This document shows, piece by piece, positions 31,309 to 42,050 of a stretch of 64,000 bases of DNA. The number at the start of each line of letters is the position of its first letter. Position 1 is the first letter of the stretch. The notes beneath the pieces were generated by a model. That model saw only the letters and a program-made list of their open reading frames with translations. It searched no databases and had not been told where the DNA came from. The DNA is from an uncultured Bacilli bacterium (GTDB lineage: Bacteria > Bacillota_I > Bacilli_A > RFN20 > CAG-449). The DNA is taken from contig CALVJL010000001.1 of NCBI GenBank assembly GCA_944332075.1, positions 3,787 to 67,786 of the forward strand, read 5' to 3'. The position numbers and the translations under genes were made by a program.

Positions 31309-33552
31309 TTATTCCGGTCTTATAAAGAAATGTCCGCGACTAAGTGAAGAATTCATCAACGAATTAGTTTCACTTAAATTCTTTTCAGCATTAACAATCA
31401 TCTTTAAATCATTATCGCTTAGCACATTAATATAAATTGAAGATAAGTGTAATTCAGATAATTTACTAAGTTGATCAAGTAAATAAAGTGGTTTGCTCGA
31501 AAAAATATGCGTATAGCAATCTTTATCACCTTTAATTAAGTAACGCTCATTCATTTTATCGACCAAATAAAAATTTTGTTGATGACAAAGTAAGCAGTGA
31601 AGTTTTTCTTTCTTAAAATATGTTCCGATTGGACAAGATTTCATGACCATCATTTCTAAATACCCATACCCGATTAAGGAAATATTTGGATAGCATTGAT
31701 GACGATCATAATAATCATTAACTAAGTTTTTAAGCGAATCATAATTGACTTCACTAGAGATAATTACTTCCTTAAATCCTAAGAAATAAAGGGCATCCAA
31801 GGCATAAGAATTGACCGCATTAACATACTGTGAGGCAATAGCTCCATTATTTATTAACACTTGGTGATAGATATGATTACTAACGATATTAATATTATCC
31901 TCTTCACGGAGATGATATTCCCTTCCGAGATTATATACCTCATTCTCAATATTTAATTTTTCATTTGAATAATTGATTACCTTAATCTTTATTCGGTTAT
32001 CACTAGGGACGCTTTTAGCAGAATAAGGATATTCTTTTACATCATCAAATTGATATAGGAGATTGTTAATTTTATCTAAAGCTTGGTTCCTTAAAGTATT
32101 TAGGGATGACATATTAACAAAAACGTCACCTTCAATTTTAATCTCCGTTTTCAAATAAAAAGGATAGGTTGCTGATTTAGCCATTTGAGAAGTAATCTTC
32201 TCTTTACTTGTTGAAGAATTAATCGCTTTATCAACTATGTCACCTTTGATGCTCAAAGAAAATTCTGGCACTAGTAAAACCATTTCTTCTCCAGCCTTAA
32301 GATATAAAATAGCTTCAATTTCACCTTTCAATTTCTCTTTTAGCTCATTTTCAACTTTTTTAACGAGAGAAATTTTATTCGTTAGATATAAATCAGCATT
32401 TTTAAATGAATTTACATTTTGTAAATTCTTTATTGTGACTGTTTCACCTTTTTTAGCCGACTTAACTAACTTATTATCAACATATAAAGATGTCACTAAA
32501 AAGCCTTTTTCTTTTCCGTTTAAAATCAGTCTTACACCATCGTGCATTTCTATTGCTGAAGTGAGTTTTACAGTTATACTTGTCGACGTCGCTTTTAAAA
32601 CATTACCAATTTTTTCACCTTGATGCGAAGAATAATTTTGATTTAAGAGATGAAAAGGCGATTCATTATTAATATATCCCTTGGTAAAAGTTCTTGAAAA
32701 AATACTTTTTATATTCTCTTGATCTTCTTGAGCAAAAGAATTTTTCTTACCTAAGCAAATTTCATCAATAGCATGTCTATAGCCTAAAGTAACTAAATAG
32801 ACATATTCTTGACTCTTTAATCTGCCTTCAATTTTTAAAGAATCCGCGCCTATTTCTATCAAATCTTTCAAATATTTTAAGGTATTTAAGTCTTTAGTCG
32901 ATAAAAAGAAAGCTTCACCATAATCTTGTGAATCGCTGACTAAATGATATTTTTCACGGCATGGCTGCGCGCAGCGGCCTCGATTACCAGATCTACCTCC
33001 AATAAATGAAGAAAGATAGCAAGATCCAGAATAGGAAACGCATAAAGCACCATGAACAAAAACTTCGACTTCTAGGCCTAAATCCTTTATTTCGCGAATT
33101 AGAGTTAGAGGAGCTTCTCTAGCTAAAACAATTCTAACAAAGCCTAATTTTTTTAACGCTAATGCTTCTTCCTTATTGTGGCAAGAAAGCTGCGTAGAAG
33201 CGTGCAGAGGTAAAAACGGTAATCTCTGGTGAAGATAATAAGCTAATCCTAAATCTTGAATAATTAATCCGTCGACTTTAATCTTATTCAAAAATTTTGC
33301 GTATTCATATGCGCTTAAAAACTCATCTTGAAAAAGAAGAGTATTCATTGTAACATATACTTTCTTTTTTAAAAGATGAGCTAAAACAACAATTTTTATT
33401 AATTCATCATCGGTAAAATTTTGACTAGCCATCCTAGCAGAAAAATTTTTTCCGCCGAGATAAATTGCATCTGCACCAGCTAATAAAGCACTATAGGCTG
33501 AGAGATAATTTCCAGCTGGAGCCAATAATTCACTATCTAGCATGTAAAACAA
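31309..33552 (-). CDS. peptidase U32 family protein with long C-terminal extension
   Basis: 747 aa. N-terminal U32 core (LLAPAGNYLSAYSALLAGADAIYLGG...). The C-terminal part has Cys-rich motifs (CPIGTYF...CLLCHQQ). Confidence 0.8.
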   Translation of the reverse strand: MFYMLDSELLAPAGNYLSAYSALLAGADAIYLGGKNFSARMASQNFTDDELIKIVVLAHLLKKKVYVTMNTLLFQDEFLSAYEYAKFLNKIKVDGLIIQDLGLAYYLHQRLPFLPLHASTQLSCHNKEEALALKKLGFVRIVLAREAPLTLIREIKDLGLEVEVFVHGALCVSYSGSCYLSSFIGGRSGNRGRCAQPCREKYHLVSDSQDYGEAFFLSTKDLNTLKYLKDLIEIGADSLKIEGRLKSQEYVYLVTLGYRHAIDEICLGKKNSFAQEDQENIKSIFSRTFTKGYINNESPFHLLNQNYSSHQGEKIGNVLKATSTSITVKLTSAIEMHDGVRLILNGKEKGFLVTSLYVDNKLVKSAKKGETVTIKNLQNVNSFKNADLYLTNKISLVKKVENELKEKLKGEIEAILYLKAGEEMVLLVPEFSLSIKGDIVDKAINSSTSKEKITSQMAKSATYPFYLKTEIKIEGDVFVNMSSLNTLRNQALDKINNLLYQFDDVKEYPYSAKSVPSDNRIKIKVINYSNEKLNIENEVYNLGREYHLREEDNINIVSNHIYHQVLINNGAIASQYVNAVNSYALDALYFLGFKEVIISSEVNYDSLKNLVNDYYDRHQCYPNISLIGYGYLEMMVMKSCPIGTYFKKEKLHCLLCHQQNFYLVDKMNERYLIKGDKDCYTHIFSSKPLYLLDQLSKLSELHLSSIYINVLSDNDLKMIVNAEKNLSETNSLMNSSLSRGHFFIRPE

Positions 33553-34627
33553 CTTTTTCTAGGCGTGAAGAAGGAATATCTTTTCTTCCTTCCTTAGCTT
33601 GATCTTTGCCATTTAATTTTACTAAATCACCGGTAAAACCAACATTAACTTTTACCAGTGATGTACCTACACCATAAATGTCAACTGGTGTATGATGGTC
33701 TTCAAAATCTTTAATTTTTTTAGCATCAAATCCTGAAGAAACAATAATTTTAACGTAATTGAATCCCTCTTTATCTAAAGCCTCGCGCAATGCAAAAACC
33801 AATTCTTTGCAAACGCCATGCGGATCAAAGGATGAAGTATCTTTGTCATCAAAATAGTGGTCAATTAAAGACTTAGAAGTATCAATGCGGACTGCATTTA
33901 ACTTAGTTTTCAAATGTCTAGCAATCTTTAAGGAATCCTCGACAACATTATTATGATAATCGATTAAAGCTGTAACTTTTTCATTTGGGAAGGTTTTTAA
34001 ATAGATATCTGACGCCTTTAAAATATCGCCATCACAAATTTGAATTAAAGCATGCGGCATAGTTCCTAAACCATGTCCTCCCCACCAAAGTCCCATAGCA
34101 TCAGTAGAATCAGCAGTTATTCCGGCAACATAAGCAGCATAACCATCACCGATTTGCGTATTATATTCATCTTGACGGTCAGCCATATTTATTATTCCCT
34201 TGCCGTTTGTAACTTTCTTAACGCGGTAGCAATTCGTGGCAACTGATGATCTTCTAGCTAAAATTCCATCAATCATCGATTCAAGAAAACCAAAGTGTTC
34301 GTATTCGCCGGTAATTTTTAAAACAGGCTCACCATAATTAATGATATCACCATCATTCAATGCTTCTATTTGAAGTTTTTCTGGGCACTCAGCAAACTCC
34401 TGAATTAAAGCGATGGCTTCATCAATTCCGCAAAGCATAACATCATCTTCTCTTTGGAAAAACTGCATTGTCACAGTTTGATGAGGCACATTTTCTAAAA
34501 CAATTTTACGAGTTTTTAAAAAATAATTAGCAGTAAAAAAACCTTCTCCTAATCTTTGATCAAATTTGAAAGTTTTATTTGTTAAACGTTTAATTTTTCC
34601 AGCCTTTTTTTCTTCAATCTCTAACAT
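33533..34627 (-). CDS. nicotinate phosphoribosyltransferase-family protein (short type II PRTase)
   Basis: 364 aa. Overall similarity to the short NAPRTase/PncB-like family (…GTMPHALIQ… and …IRIDTSKS…VSSGFD…). Confidence 0.5.
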   Translation of the reverse strand: MLEIEEKKAGKIKRLTNKTFKFDQRLGEGFFTANYFLKTRKIVLENVPHQTVTMQFFQREDDVMLCGIDEAIALIQEFAECPEKLQIEALNDGDIINYGEPVLKITGEYEHFGFLESMIDGILARRSSVATNCYRVKKVTNGKGIINMADRQDEYNTQIGDGYAAYVAGITADSTDAMGLWWGGHGLGTMPHALIQICDGDILKASDIYLKTFPNEKVTALIDYHNNVVEDSLKIARHLKTKLNAVRIDTSKSLIDHYFDDKDTSSFDPHGVCKELVFALREALDKEGFNYVKIIVSSGFDAKKIKDFEDHHTPVDIYGVGTSLVKVNVGFTGDLVKLNGKDQAKEGRKDIPSSRLEKVVLHAR

Positions 34628-34629
34628 TA

Positions 34630-35259
34630 TTATTTTTCCTTCCTAAGATAAAAATCTTGACCAATCTTAACTTCATTTTCATTTAAATATAGTAAATGGT
34701 GTTTTGGCAAAGTCTCTTCTAATCCGAGATCTTTTTCCGAGCAACACATCCCAAAACTATCTTCGCCGAGTAAAGATGACTTTTTTACTTCTTCACCATT
34801 AGTTAAATGCGCGCCGATTTTAGCAACAATACAAAGTTTATCTTTTTCGCAGTTTAGCGCTCCGCAAACAATTGGCAAAACTTCATCGCCGACATCAACC
34901 TTTAAAAGATGTAAATGATGAGATTCTGGATGCTCCTCCACTGACAAAATCTTGCCAATAACATAATTAGACTTAGTTATGTAGGATAATCTTACGTCGC
35001 TAACCAAAGATAAGAGATTATTTAATGCATCAATAAAAATATCTGGTGGCAGCTGAATTATGCCATGGCTTTTTATTTTTAAAGACTTGGAGATATTAAA
35101 GAAATTAATACCGATTAATTCATCTTTGTGATAGATAAAGCAAATATCACCTTTTCTTTCAAAACGCGTAAGAAAAGCATCATTATTAATAATGACAAAT
35201 AATATATCACCAAGCTCATGATAATTATAAAAATACGTTGCTTGATATTCCATAATCAA
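34630..35259 (-). CDS. ytpR: YtpR-like tRNA-binding protein (DUF4479 + EMAP/Myf tRNA-binding domain)
   Basis: 209 aa. C-terminal OB-fold tRNA-binding domain (GKILSVEEHPESHHLHLLKVDVGDE...IVCGA). Confidence 0.7.
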   Translation of the reverse strand: MIMEYQATYFYNYHELGDILFVIINNDAFLTRFERKGDICFIYHKDELIGINFFNISKSLKIKSHGIIQLPPDIFIDALNNLLSLVSDVRLSYITKSNYVIGKILSVEEHPESHHLHLLKVDVGDEVLPIVCGALNCEKDKLCIVAKIGAHLTNGEEVKKSSLLGEDSFGMCCSEKDLGLEETLPKHHLLYLNENEVKIGQDFYLRKEK

Positions 35260-35885
35260 TCCTTTCTAGCGACTAAGCGTTTAATTTTAACGCCTAAAGC
35301 ACGAAACTTATGTTCATATTCGGTTTCTTCATCATCCATAGCTAATTGATAATCTTCATCAATAGAGATGACTGAGAATTTTGAAGAAGCAAAATATTCT
35401 TTTGAATCAGCAAAAAGAACATCATTATCAGTTTTAAAGATAACCTCTCCACCACTTTTTAATAAGCGAAAATAAGCTTCTAAATATGAAGGATATGTAA
35501 GTCTTCTTTTATGCTGACGCTTCTTCGGCCAAGGATCTGAGAAGTTTAAATAAATGCGATTAAAAATAGCATCTGGCAATCTTTCAAATAAATATGAGAC
35601 ATCAATATTTACTAAGAGCAAATTTTCTAAATGTTCTTCTCCGATTTTTTTGCCGGTTATAGCTAAAGCCATCATAGATTTTTCAATGCCTAAATAATTG
35701 ACTTCAGGATGTTTCTTAGCTTTATTTATTATGAAATCCCCACGTCCAACACCGATTTCTAATTCAAGATTATCTCTCTTAAGAAAATCCAAAAAATCAC
35801 TATCTTCAAGAGTATATCGATTTTTAATTAATTCTGGATGGGCTTTAACAAATTCATCGCCCCAAGGTCTATGCTTTAGTCTCAT
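35256..35885 (-). CDS. trmB: tRNA (guanine46-N7)-methyltransferase
   Basis: 209 aa. SAM-binding LELEIGVGRGDFI and ...IYLNFSDPWPKKRHHKRR. Confidence 0.9.
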   Translation of the reverse strand: MRLKHRPWGDEFVKAHPELIKNRYTLEDSDFLDFLKRDNLELEIGVGRGDFIINKAKKHPEVNYLGIEKSMMALAITGKKIGEEHLENLLLVNIDVSYLFERLPDAIFNRIYLNFSDPWPKKRQHKRRLTYPSYLEAYFRLLKSGGEVIFKTDNDVLFADSKEYFASSKFSVISIDEDYQLAMDDEETEYEHKFRALGVKIKRLVARKD

Positions 35886-37245
35886 CTTTACCTCCAGTCG
35901 CTAGCAAACCTAAACGGTAAATAGCTTTAGCATAGATAGAGATCGAACTTGTTAAATCTTCAAGATGAATTTTTTCATTACAGTCATGGATATGATCTTC
36001 ACGTCCCGGGAAATGAGAACCGAAAGCAACTGTATTTTTGCTTTCTTTGGCATAAGTTCCACCGCCGATAGCCATCGGTAAGTTCTTTTTATCACCAGTT
36101 TCCTCTTGATAGCAAGAAAGAAGAGTTTTGATAAATTTAGATTTTGGATCAACTAAGAGATATTGTTGACGAGAAAACACACTTACAGTACCTAAGTTCA
36201 TCGCATTAAGTTTTGCAATAACTTCATCTAAATCAACATCTTCCCCATAGCGATAGTTAACTTGATATTTTAAAACTCCATCGCGATAGGAAATTAATCC
36301 AACATTATAAGTTGATTCAAGTAATAATGGGGCCTCATGGTCCATTTTCATTCCTTTTCCTAAGCCATCGAGATAATTATTTGCCGTCTTAACTAATTCA
36401 TCATAACCGAAGCGTTCACCAATGAAGCGAATCAGATGTAGCCCTGCATTAATTCCTTCTTGAGGAATTGAACCATGGCTTGACTTTCCAAAGAAGGTTA
36501 ACGTCTGTTTGTCAATTTGATAACGCAGATGATTCTTTTGGCAATAAGAAGAAATTACTTCATTTGAAGGTAAAACTTTTAAATTTGCAACCGCCTTATC
36601 AATTACGCTATTTAAAACGACACCGCCTTCTAGCGATAGTAAATTATCAAAATTTTTCTCTAATACGACTTCGTATCCAGCGATTGCTTTTTCGCCATAG
36701 ATTAAAGGGAAATCACCATCAGGAGTAAAACCGTATTCAGGATAAGGCTTATTTAAGTGGTGGAAATAATAGTCTAAGCATTTACTGCCACGTTCTTCGT
36801 TTCCACCAACGACCAATGTTACTTTAAAATTCTTAATTAAATTAAGATCGCGTAGCATTTTAAACGCATAATAAGAAGCAATTAATGGTCCTTTATCATC
36901 ACTTGTTCCGCGGCCATACATAATGTCATTTTCAATTGTTGCTGAGAAAGGAGGGAATTTCCAATCTCCGGAAACAGGAACAACATCGGCATGTGCATAA
37001 ATAGCGATTAATGGTCCCTGACCAAAAGAAATTTCGGTGCAATAACCATCGCAGCGGTCGACATTAAATCCGTCTTGTTCAGCTAAATCTGCTATAAAAG
37101 CAAGAGCTTTGCTAACGCCTTCACCAAATGGTTTGCTTTCTGAAATAGTTGTTTCATCATAAACTGAATTAATTTTGATGAACTTTTGTAAATTTGTAAT
37201 AGCTAATTGATAATATTTTTCGCTTTCTTTTCTTAAAGAAATCAT
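35869..37245 (-). CDS. pepV: dipeptidase PepV (M20 family Xaa-His dipeptidase)
   Basis: 458 aa. M20 metal-ligand motifs HADVVP, GTSDDKGP and GGNEERG. Confidence 0.88.
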   Translation of the reverse strand: MISLRKESEKYYQLAITNLQKFIKINSVYDETTISESKPFGEGVSKALAFIADLAEQDGFNVDRCDGYCTEISFGQGPLIAIYAHADVVPVSGDWKFPPFSATIENDIMYGRGTSDDKGPLIASYYAFKMLRDLNLIKNFKVTLVVGGNEERGSKCLDYYFHHLNKPYPEYGFTPDGDFPLIYGEKAIAGYEVVLEKNFDNLLSLEGGVVLNSVIDKAVANLKVLPSNEVISSYCQKNHLRYQIDKQTLTFFGKSSHGSIPQEGINAGLHLIRFIGERFGYDELVKTANNYLDGLGKGMKMDHEAPLLLESTYNVGLISYRDGVLKYQVNYRYGEDVDLDEVIAKLNAMNLGTVSVFSRQQYLLVDPKSKFIKTLLSCYQEETGDKKNLPMAIGGGTYAKESKNTVAFGSHFPGREDHIHDCNEKIHLEDLTSSISIYAKAIYRLGLLATGGKDETKA

Positions 37246-37323
37246 GATAATACCTCACTGACTGCTTTATTATACTAAAATGAATATTCATTTTAAAGTT
37301 TTATAATTCTCTGACAGTAATTG

Positions 37324-38259
37324 CTAAGATAGTTGGATATGCAAAAAATTCTTTTCACCATTAAGAAAATCCTTATAAGTCATGATTTTTTTTCCTTGTC
37401 TTTGAACTTGTTTTAGAGCAATTATTCCATCTTTTAATTGCAGATATAATCCTTGTTTATCAGCTTTCACAATAGTACCAACTTTATCTACAAGTTCATC
37501 GCTAATCACTTCGCATTCAAGAATTTTAAAAATTTCTTCACCAAAATAAAGATATCCACCAGGAGTTAAAGATAACGCGCGGACATAATTAACAAAATCT
37601 TTTTTCAAAAGATCTAAAGAAAGATGTTCATCTTCTTTTTTGATTTTTCCGCAAAATGTTACTTCATCTTTATTCTGCGAAATCTTTTTTAAACTCTTAT
37701 CGATAATTCCCGGCAATGCTTTTAATAATGCTTCGCTGCCGCATAATGAGAATTTATCTAGAAGTGAAGTATAATTATCTGAAGGATCAATAACTATTTT
37801 TTGTTGATAAAAAATATCACCGGCATCCATTTCATCAACCATTTCCATAATCGTAACACCAGTAATGGTATCACCTTGTTTTAAGCATTCTTGGATAGGA
37901 GAAGCTCCGCGATATTTCGGCAAAAGAGAGCCATGAACGTTAATTGCTCCTATCGTCGGTAAAGTCAATAAATCATGCGGTAAAATTTGACCATATGCGC
38001 ATGTGACAATTAAATCGACGTTTAAATCTTTTACAAACTCAAAATCATTCCTAATACGATGTGGTTGGTAAACTGGAATATTATGTTCTAAAGCCAGTTT
38101 TTTCACTGGAGTAGGTGTAATAACATGTTTTCTTCCAACCGGTTTATCTTCTTGGGTAATACAAGCGACAACGTTATAACCATTCTCAAGAAGTGCTTTT
38201 AAAATATTTTTAGCCAAATCTGGTGTTCCCATAAATAAAATACGTGTATTATTCATCAT
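37324..38259 (-). CDS. fmt: methionyl-tRNA formyltransferase
   Basis: 311 aa. N-terminal ILFMGTPDLA and ...INVHGSLLPKYRGASPIQ... (formyltransferase SLLP motif). Confidence 0.93.
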   Translation of the reverse strand: MMNNTRILFMGTPDLAKNILKALLENGYNVVACITQEDKPVGRKHVITPTPVKKLALEHNIPVYQPHRIRNDFEFVKDLNVDLIVTCAYGQILPHDLLTLPTIGAINVHGSLLPKYRGASPIQECLKQGDTITGVTIMEMVDEMDAGDIFYQQKIVIDPSDNYTSLLDKFSLCGSEALLKALPGIIDKSLKKISQNKDEVTFCGKIKKEDEHLSLDLLKKDFVNYVRALSLTPGGYLYFGEEIFKILECEVISDELVDKVGTIVKADKQGLYLQLKDGIIALKQVQRQGKKIMTYKDFLNGEKNFLHIQLS

Positions 38260-38308
38260 TTTTACCTCAATAGTATCTTATAACAAAAAATAGGTGATAG
38301 CAAATCAC

Positions 38309-39979
38309 CTATTTATCATTATTGAATATTATCTCAAATGTTGATCCCTGGCCAAGTTTTGACGTTACTTTTATTTCAAATCCATAGTTTTTACAGACAT
38401 GCTTTACTATCGATAATCCTAATCCTGTTCCTCCAAGTTCTTTAGACTTATTCTTGTCAACTCGATAAAAGCGTTTAAAAATCTTTTCTAAATCATCTTG
38501 AGGAATACCGATTCCCGTATCGCTTATTTTGAAATGCTCGTTTGTGATATTTAGCACTATTTTTCCATTTTCGTTATTATATTTTATAGCGTTAGTTATT
38601 AAATTAGAGAGCAGTTTTTCGACATCGCCTTCATTTATTAATAAAGTGCATGGTGAGTATTCGCGAACAATATTCAATTTTTTTTCATCAATTAGCAAGG
38701 AATTTTCTTTTAAGATATCCTCAACTTTACTTACAATATCAATATTTTTTAATTCTTTTTTCTCTTTTAACTCTAGGCGGGATAAATCTAGCATTTCAAC
38801 AATTAAAGAATTCATCCGTCTAGCCTCTCTTATCGTATTTTTAACCGCATCGAGAATCTCATCTTTTTCAGTAATGATTCCTTCGCTTATTAGTTGTTGA
38901 TAACCAATTATAGATGTAAGAGGACTCTTTAATTCGTGAGAAGCATTTGCAAAAAATTCACTTTTAAGGGTTTCTATTTCTCTTTTTGATGTGACATCGA
39001 CTATCAGCATAACTAAAGCGTACTTATTAAGATTGGAAATCCATTTTTCATTTATCGGATCAATTGTCAATAAATATGTTTTTCCTTCTTTGCTTAAATC
39101 AAAAGCCTCACCTTTTTTATTTTTGAGAACGTTTTCTATGCTATTGGAAATTGCTTTATCAGTAGATAGATAGAGATAATTTTTTCCAAGAATTTGAGAA
39201 ATATCAAAAGAGAAAATTTTTGCTGCAAAATCATTTATCATCTCAATATCGCCATCGCTATCTATTACAACTAAACCATGCTGGATATGATTAAGGATAA
39301 AATCTACTTTTTCATTTTCTAGTTCAATCGTAGCGATTTTTTCTCTCAAAGAAGAATTAATCAGCATAATATCATCGCTAATTTGTTCGATATCATTGCC
39401 TTTAATTTCTTCCTGTTCACCAATCAAAGCCCTTGTTTTATTTAATTCTCTGACAATCGGGCTATAAATATTTTTGCTTAATAAATAAATTATTGATGAT
39501 GCGATGAATAAAATCACTATTAAAGAAATACTACCGAGCGATATTATTGTCGAAATAAAGCTAGATAAATCATCCCGCGGAATAGCAACCCTAACATAAT
39601 AGCCGTCATCTTCTCTAGCGACATAAGCCATATCTAATTTTAAAGTATCGCTGTAACGATAATAAACTTCACCTAGATGTTGGATTTCTGGACGCGATAA
39701 ATGATTTTCATTTTGAGCAGTGAAATTATCAATTACGATATTTCCTTCTTTATCAATGATAGTGATTCTTAATTGATTATTGTTCATTGTTAATGTTTTT
39801 TCTGTTTCTGAGAAATTTTCTCCATCAAAAACATTACAAGCGATATTAAGATAATTAAATATTTCATTTCTATTCTGCTTGTCATTAAGATTATTAGTAA
39901 CAAAACAAACAGTAACTAATAATGCCATCAAGGAAATGAAAACTACGATGACATTAGATATTATTAAACGTTTTTTCAT
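38309..39979 (-). CDS. phoR: sensor histidine kinase (PhoR-like)
   Basis: 556 aa. Two TM helices around an extracytoplasmic domain, a PAS-like region, the HisKA H-box FANASHELKSPLT, and HATPase_c (G-boxes GTGLGLSIV). Confidence 0.8.
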   Translation of the reverse strand: MKKRLIISNVIVVFISLMALLVTVCFVTNNLNDKQNRNEIFNYLNIACNVFDGENFSETEKTLTMNNNQLRITIIDKEGNIVIDNFTAQNENHLSRPEIQHLGEVYYRYSDTLKLDMAYVAREDDGYYVRVAIPRDDLSSFISTIISLGSISLIVILFIASSIIYLLSKNIYSPIVRELNKTRALIGEQEEIKGNDIEQISDDIMLINSSLREKIATIELENEKVDFILNHIQHGLVVIDSDGDIEMINDFAAKIFSFDISQILGKNYLYLSTDKAISNSIENVLKNKKGEAFDLSKEGKTYLLTIDPINEKWISNLNKYALVMLIVDVTSKREIETLKSEFFANASHELKSPLTSIIGYQQLISEGIITEKDEILDAVKNTIREARRMNSLIVEMLDLSRLELKEKKELKNIDIVSKVEDILKENSLLIDEKKLNIVREYSPCTLLINEGDVEKLLSNLITNAIKYNNENGKIVLNITNEHFKISDTGIGIPQDDLEKIFKRFYRVDKNKSKELGGTGLGLSIVKHVCKNYGFEIKVTSKLGQGSTFEIIFNNDK

Positions 39980-40644
39980 ATATTCAGCTTATATCCAATT
40001 CCGTATATTGTTTGAATAAAATCACCTTTTTCATCTTTTAATTTTTTTCTTAATGATTTGATATGCATATCAATAGTTCTTGATTCGAAAGCAGCTTGTC
40101 CCCAAATTTTCATAAAAATTTCATCTCGCGATAAAACTTTATCTTTGTTCAAAAAAAGCAAAGAAAGTATCTCAAATTCTTTTGAGGTTAAAGGAATAAT
40201 GTCTTCATTTTTCATGACGACTAAACGATCTAAATCAAGCGAATAATCTTTAATTTTAATTATTCTATTTTTTTGAAATCTTCTAACCTTTGCATTTATT
40301 CTCGACATCAGTTCTAAAATATTAAATGGTTTTTCAATATAATCATCAGCACCTAAATCCAATCCATCAACTTTGTCCATAACCATTCTATTGGCTGAAA
40401 CAATGATAATTTCAACATCGTCATAATAATTATTTGCGCGGATACGTTTAATTATCTCTGAACCAGAAATATCAGGAAGCATCATGTCTAATAAAATCAT
40501 ATTCGGTTTTTTTGATGCTAATGCCGTCAGAAAAGACATCCCGTCATAAAACGTTTGTATTTGATATCCTTGTTTAGTTAATGTGACATTGATGATATGT
40601 GCAATATCATGATCATCTTCAACTGAATAGATTAAATAGTCCAT
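39976..40644 (-). CDS. phoP: OmpR-family response regulator (PhoP/PhoB-like)
   Basis: 222 aa. Receiver domain (…ILLDMMLPDISG…) plus winged-helix trans_reg_C. Translationally coupled to the kinase (4-nt overlap). Confidence 0.8.
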   Translation of the reverse strand: MDYLIYSVEDDHDIAHIINVTLTKQGYQIQTFYDGMSFLTALASKKPNMILLDMMLPDISGSEIIKRIRANNYYDDVEIIIVSANRMVMDKVDGLDLGADDYIEKPFNILELMSRINAKVRRFQKNRIIKIKDYSLDLDRLVVMKNEDIIPLTSKEFEILSLLFLNKDKVLSRDEIFMKIWGQAAFESRTIDMHIKSLRKKLKDEKGDFIQTIYGIGYKLNI

Positions 40645-40653
40645 GTTTACCTC

Positions 40654-41295
40654 CTAAAAGATGCGTTTATCTTTATGATAGCCGCTGAGGATATAGATGA
40701 CCCATTCAGCAATATTGACTGCATGGTCAGCTATTCTTTCGATATATTTTACCATTAAAACGCTATAACACGCAAATGCCGCTGAAACTTTGTTATTTTC
40801 TGTTAACGATATTAATGTTTCCACAAGATCGTAATAACCTTTATCGACAATTTTATCATTCTCTATCGTTTCAGCAGCAAGTTTTTGATCGTTTTTTACA
40901 AACGATAGCAATGCGTTATTGACCATTGTTAAAGCAATTTCTGAAAGATTATCAATTTTTTCGATGTGATGTTTATCTTCAGCTTTGAGCTTATTGGCAA
41001 ATTCAAGTATGTCTTCGGCATGATCACCCAGCCTTTCAATATCTGAAATTAATTTTAATATTCCCGTGACTATTCTTAAATCACTAGCGTATGGTCTTTC
41101 TTTGACTAAAATATCAAGGCATTCCTCTTCAATTAATCTCTCTTGCTGATCAACTAAATCATCATTGACAATATATTTTTTATCTGGGTCGAAATGCAAA
41201 TAGGCATCAAAGGCCACTTTTAAATTTGATATAACTGTATTTGCCATTCTAAGCATCATGCTTTTAAGATAATTAATTTCTGTTTCTAAAGCCAT
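40654..41295 (-). CDS. phoU: phosphate signalling complex protein PhoU
   Basis: 213 aa. Two PhoU repeats (…ERLGDHAEDI… and …ERIADHAVNIAEWV…). Confidence 0.9.
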   Translation of the reverse strand: MALETEINYLKSMMLRMANTVISNLKVAFDAYLHFDPDKKYIVNDDLVDQQERLIEEECLDILVKERPYASDLRIVTGILKLISDIERLGDHAEDILEFANKLKAEDKHHIEKIDNLSEIALTMVNNALLSFVKNDQKLAAETIENDKIVDKGYYDLVETLISLTENNKVSAAFACYSVLMVKYIERIADHAVNIAEWVIYILSGYHKDKRIF

Positions 41296-41300
41296 AAATA

Positions 41301-42050
41301 TTAACCAAACCTTCCTGTGATATAGTCCTCTGTCTTTTTGTTATGAGGATTTTTAAACAATTCATTAGTCGTGTTATATTCAATTATTTCACCTAGCATA
41401 AAGAATGCTGTATAATCAGATACTCTAGTTGCCTGCTGCATATTGTGAGTCACTATTACAATCGTGAAATCTTTTTTTAATTCATTAATCAATTCTTCTA
41501 TTTTCAGCGTAGCAATCGGATCAAGAGCAGAAGTCGGTTCATCCATTAATATCACATCCGGTTTCATGGCTATGCAGCGAGCGATGCATAATCTCTGCTG
41601 TTGACCTCCAGAAAGAGCCAAAGCCGAACCCTTAAGATTATCTTTTACCTCATCATAAAGAGCTGCTTTTTTTAAAGAACTGATGACTATTTCTTCTAGT
41701 GCCTTTCGATTTTTTATGCCGTGGCAACGCGGTCCATAAGCGATATTATCAAATATTGACATCGGAAAAGGATTAGGTGATTGAAATACCATGCCGACAT
41801 TTGAACGAAGAGTCAATGTATCATATTGATTTAATTCTTTATCGTTATATTTAATACTGCCTTCAACTTTACAATTATCAATAAGATCATTCATTCTATC
41901 TAGGCAGCGCAATAATGTCGATTTTCCGCATCCTGATGGTCCAATAAATGCTGTCACTTTCTTTTTATAGATATCTAAATTTATGTCTTTTAAAGCATGT
42001 TTTTCACCATAATAAAGATTAACATTCTTTATTTCAAAAATTTTTTCCAT
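41301..42050 (-). CDS. pstB: phosphate ABC transporter ATP-binding protein
   Basis: 249 aa. Walker [10 protein letters not shown], signature LSGGQQQR, Walker [12 protein letters not shown]. Confidence 0.95.
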   Translation of the reverse strand: MEKIFEIKNVNLYYGEKHALKDINLDIYKKKVTAFIGPSGCGKSTLLRCLDRMNDLIDNCKVEGSIKYNDKELNQYDTLTLRSNVGMVFQSPNPFPMSIFDNIAYGPRCHGIKNRKALEEIVISSLKKAALYDEVKDNLKGSALALSGGQQQRLCIARCIAMKPDVILMDEPTSALDPIATLKIEELINELKKDFTIVIVTHNMQQATRVSDYTAFFMLGEIIEYNTTNELFKNPHNKKTEDYITGRFG

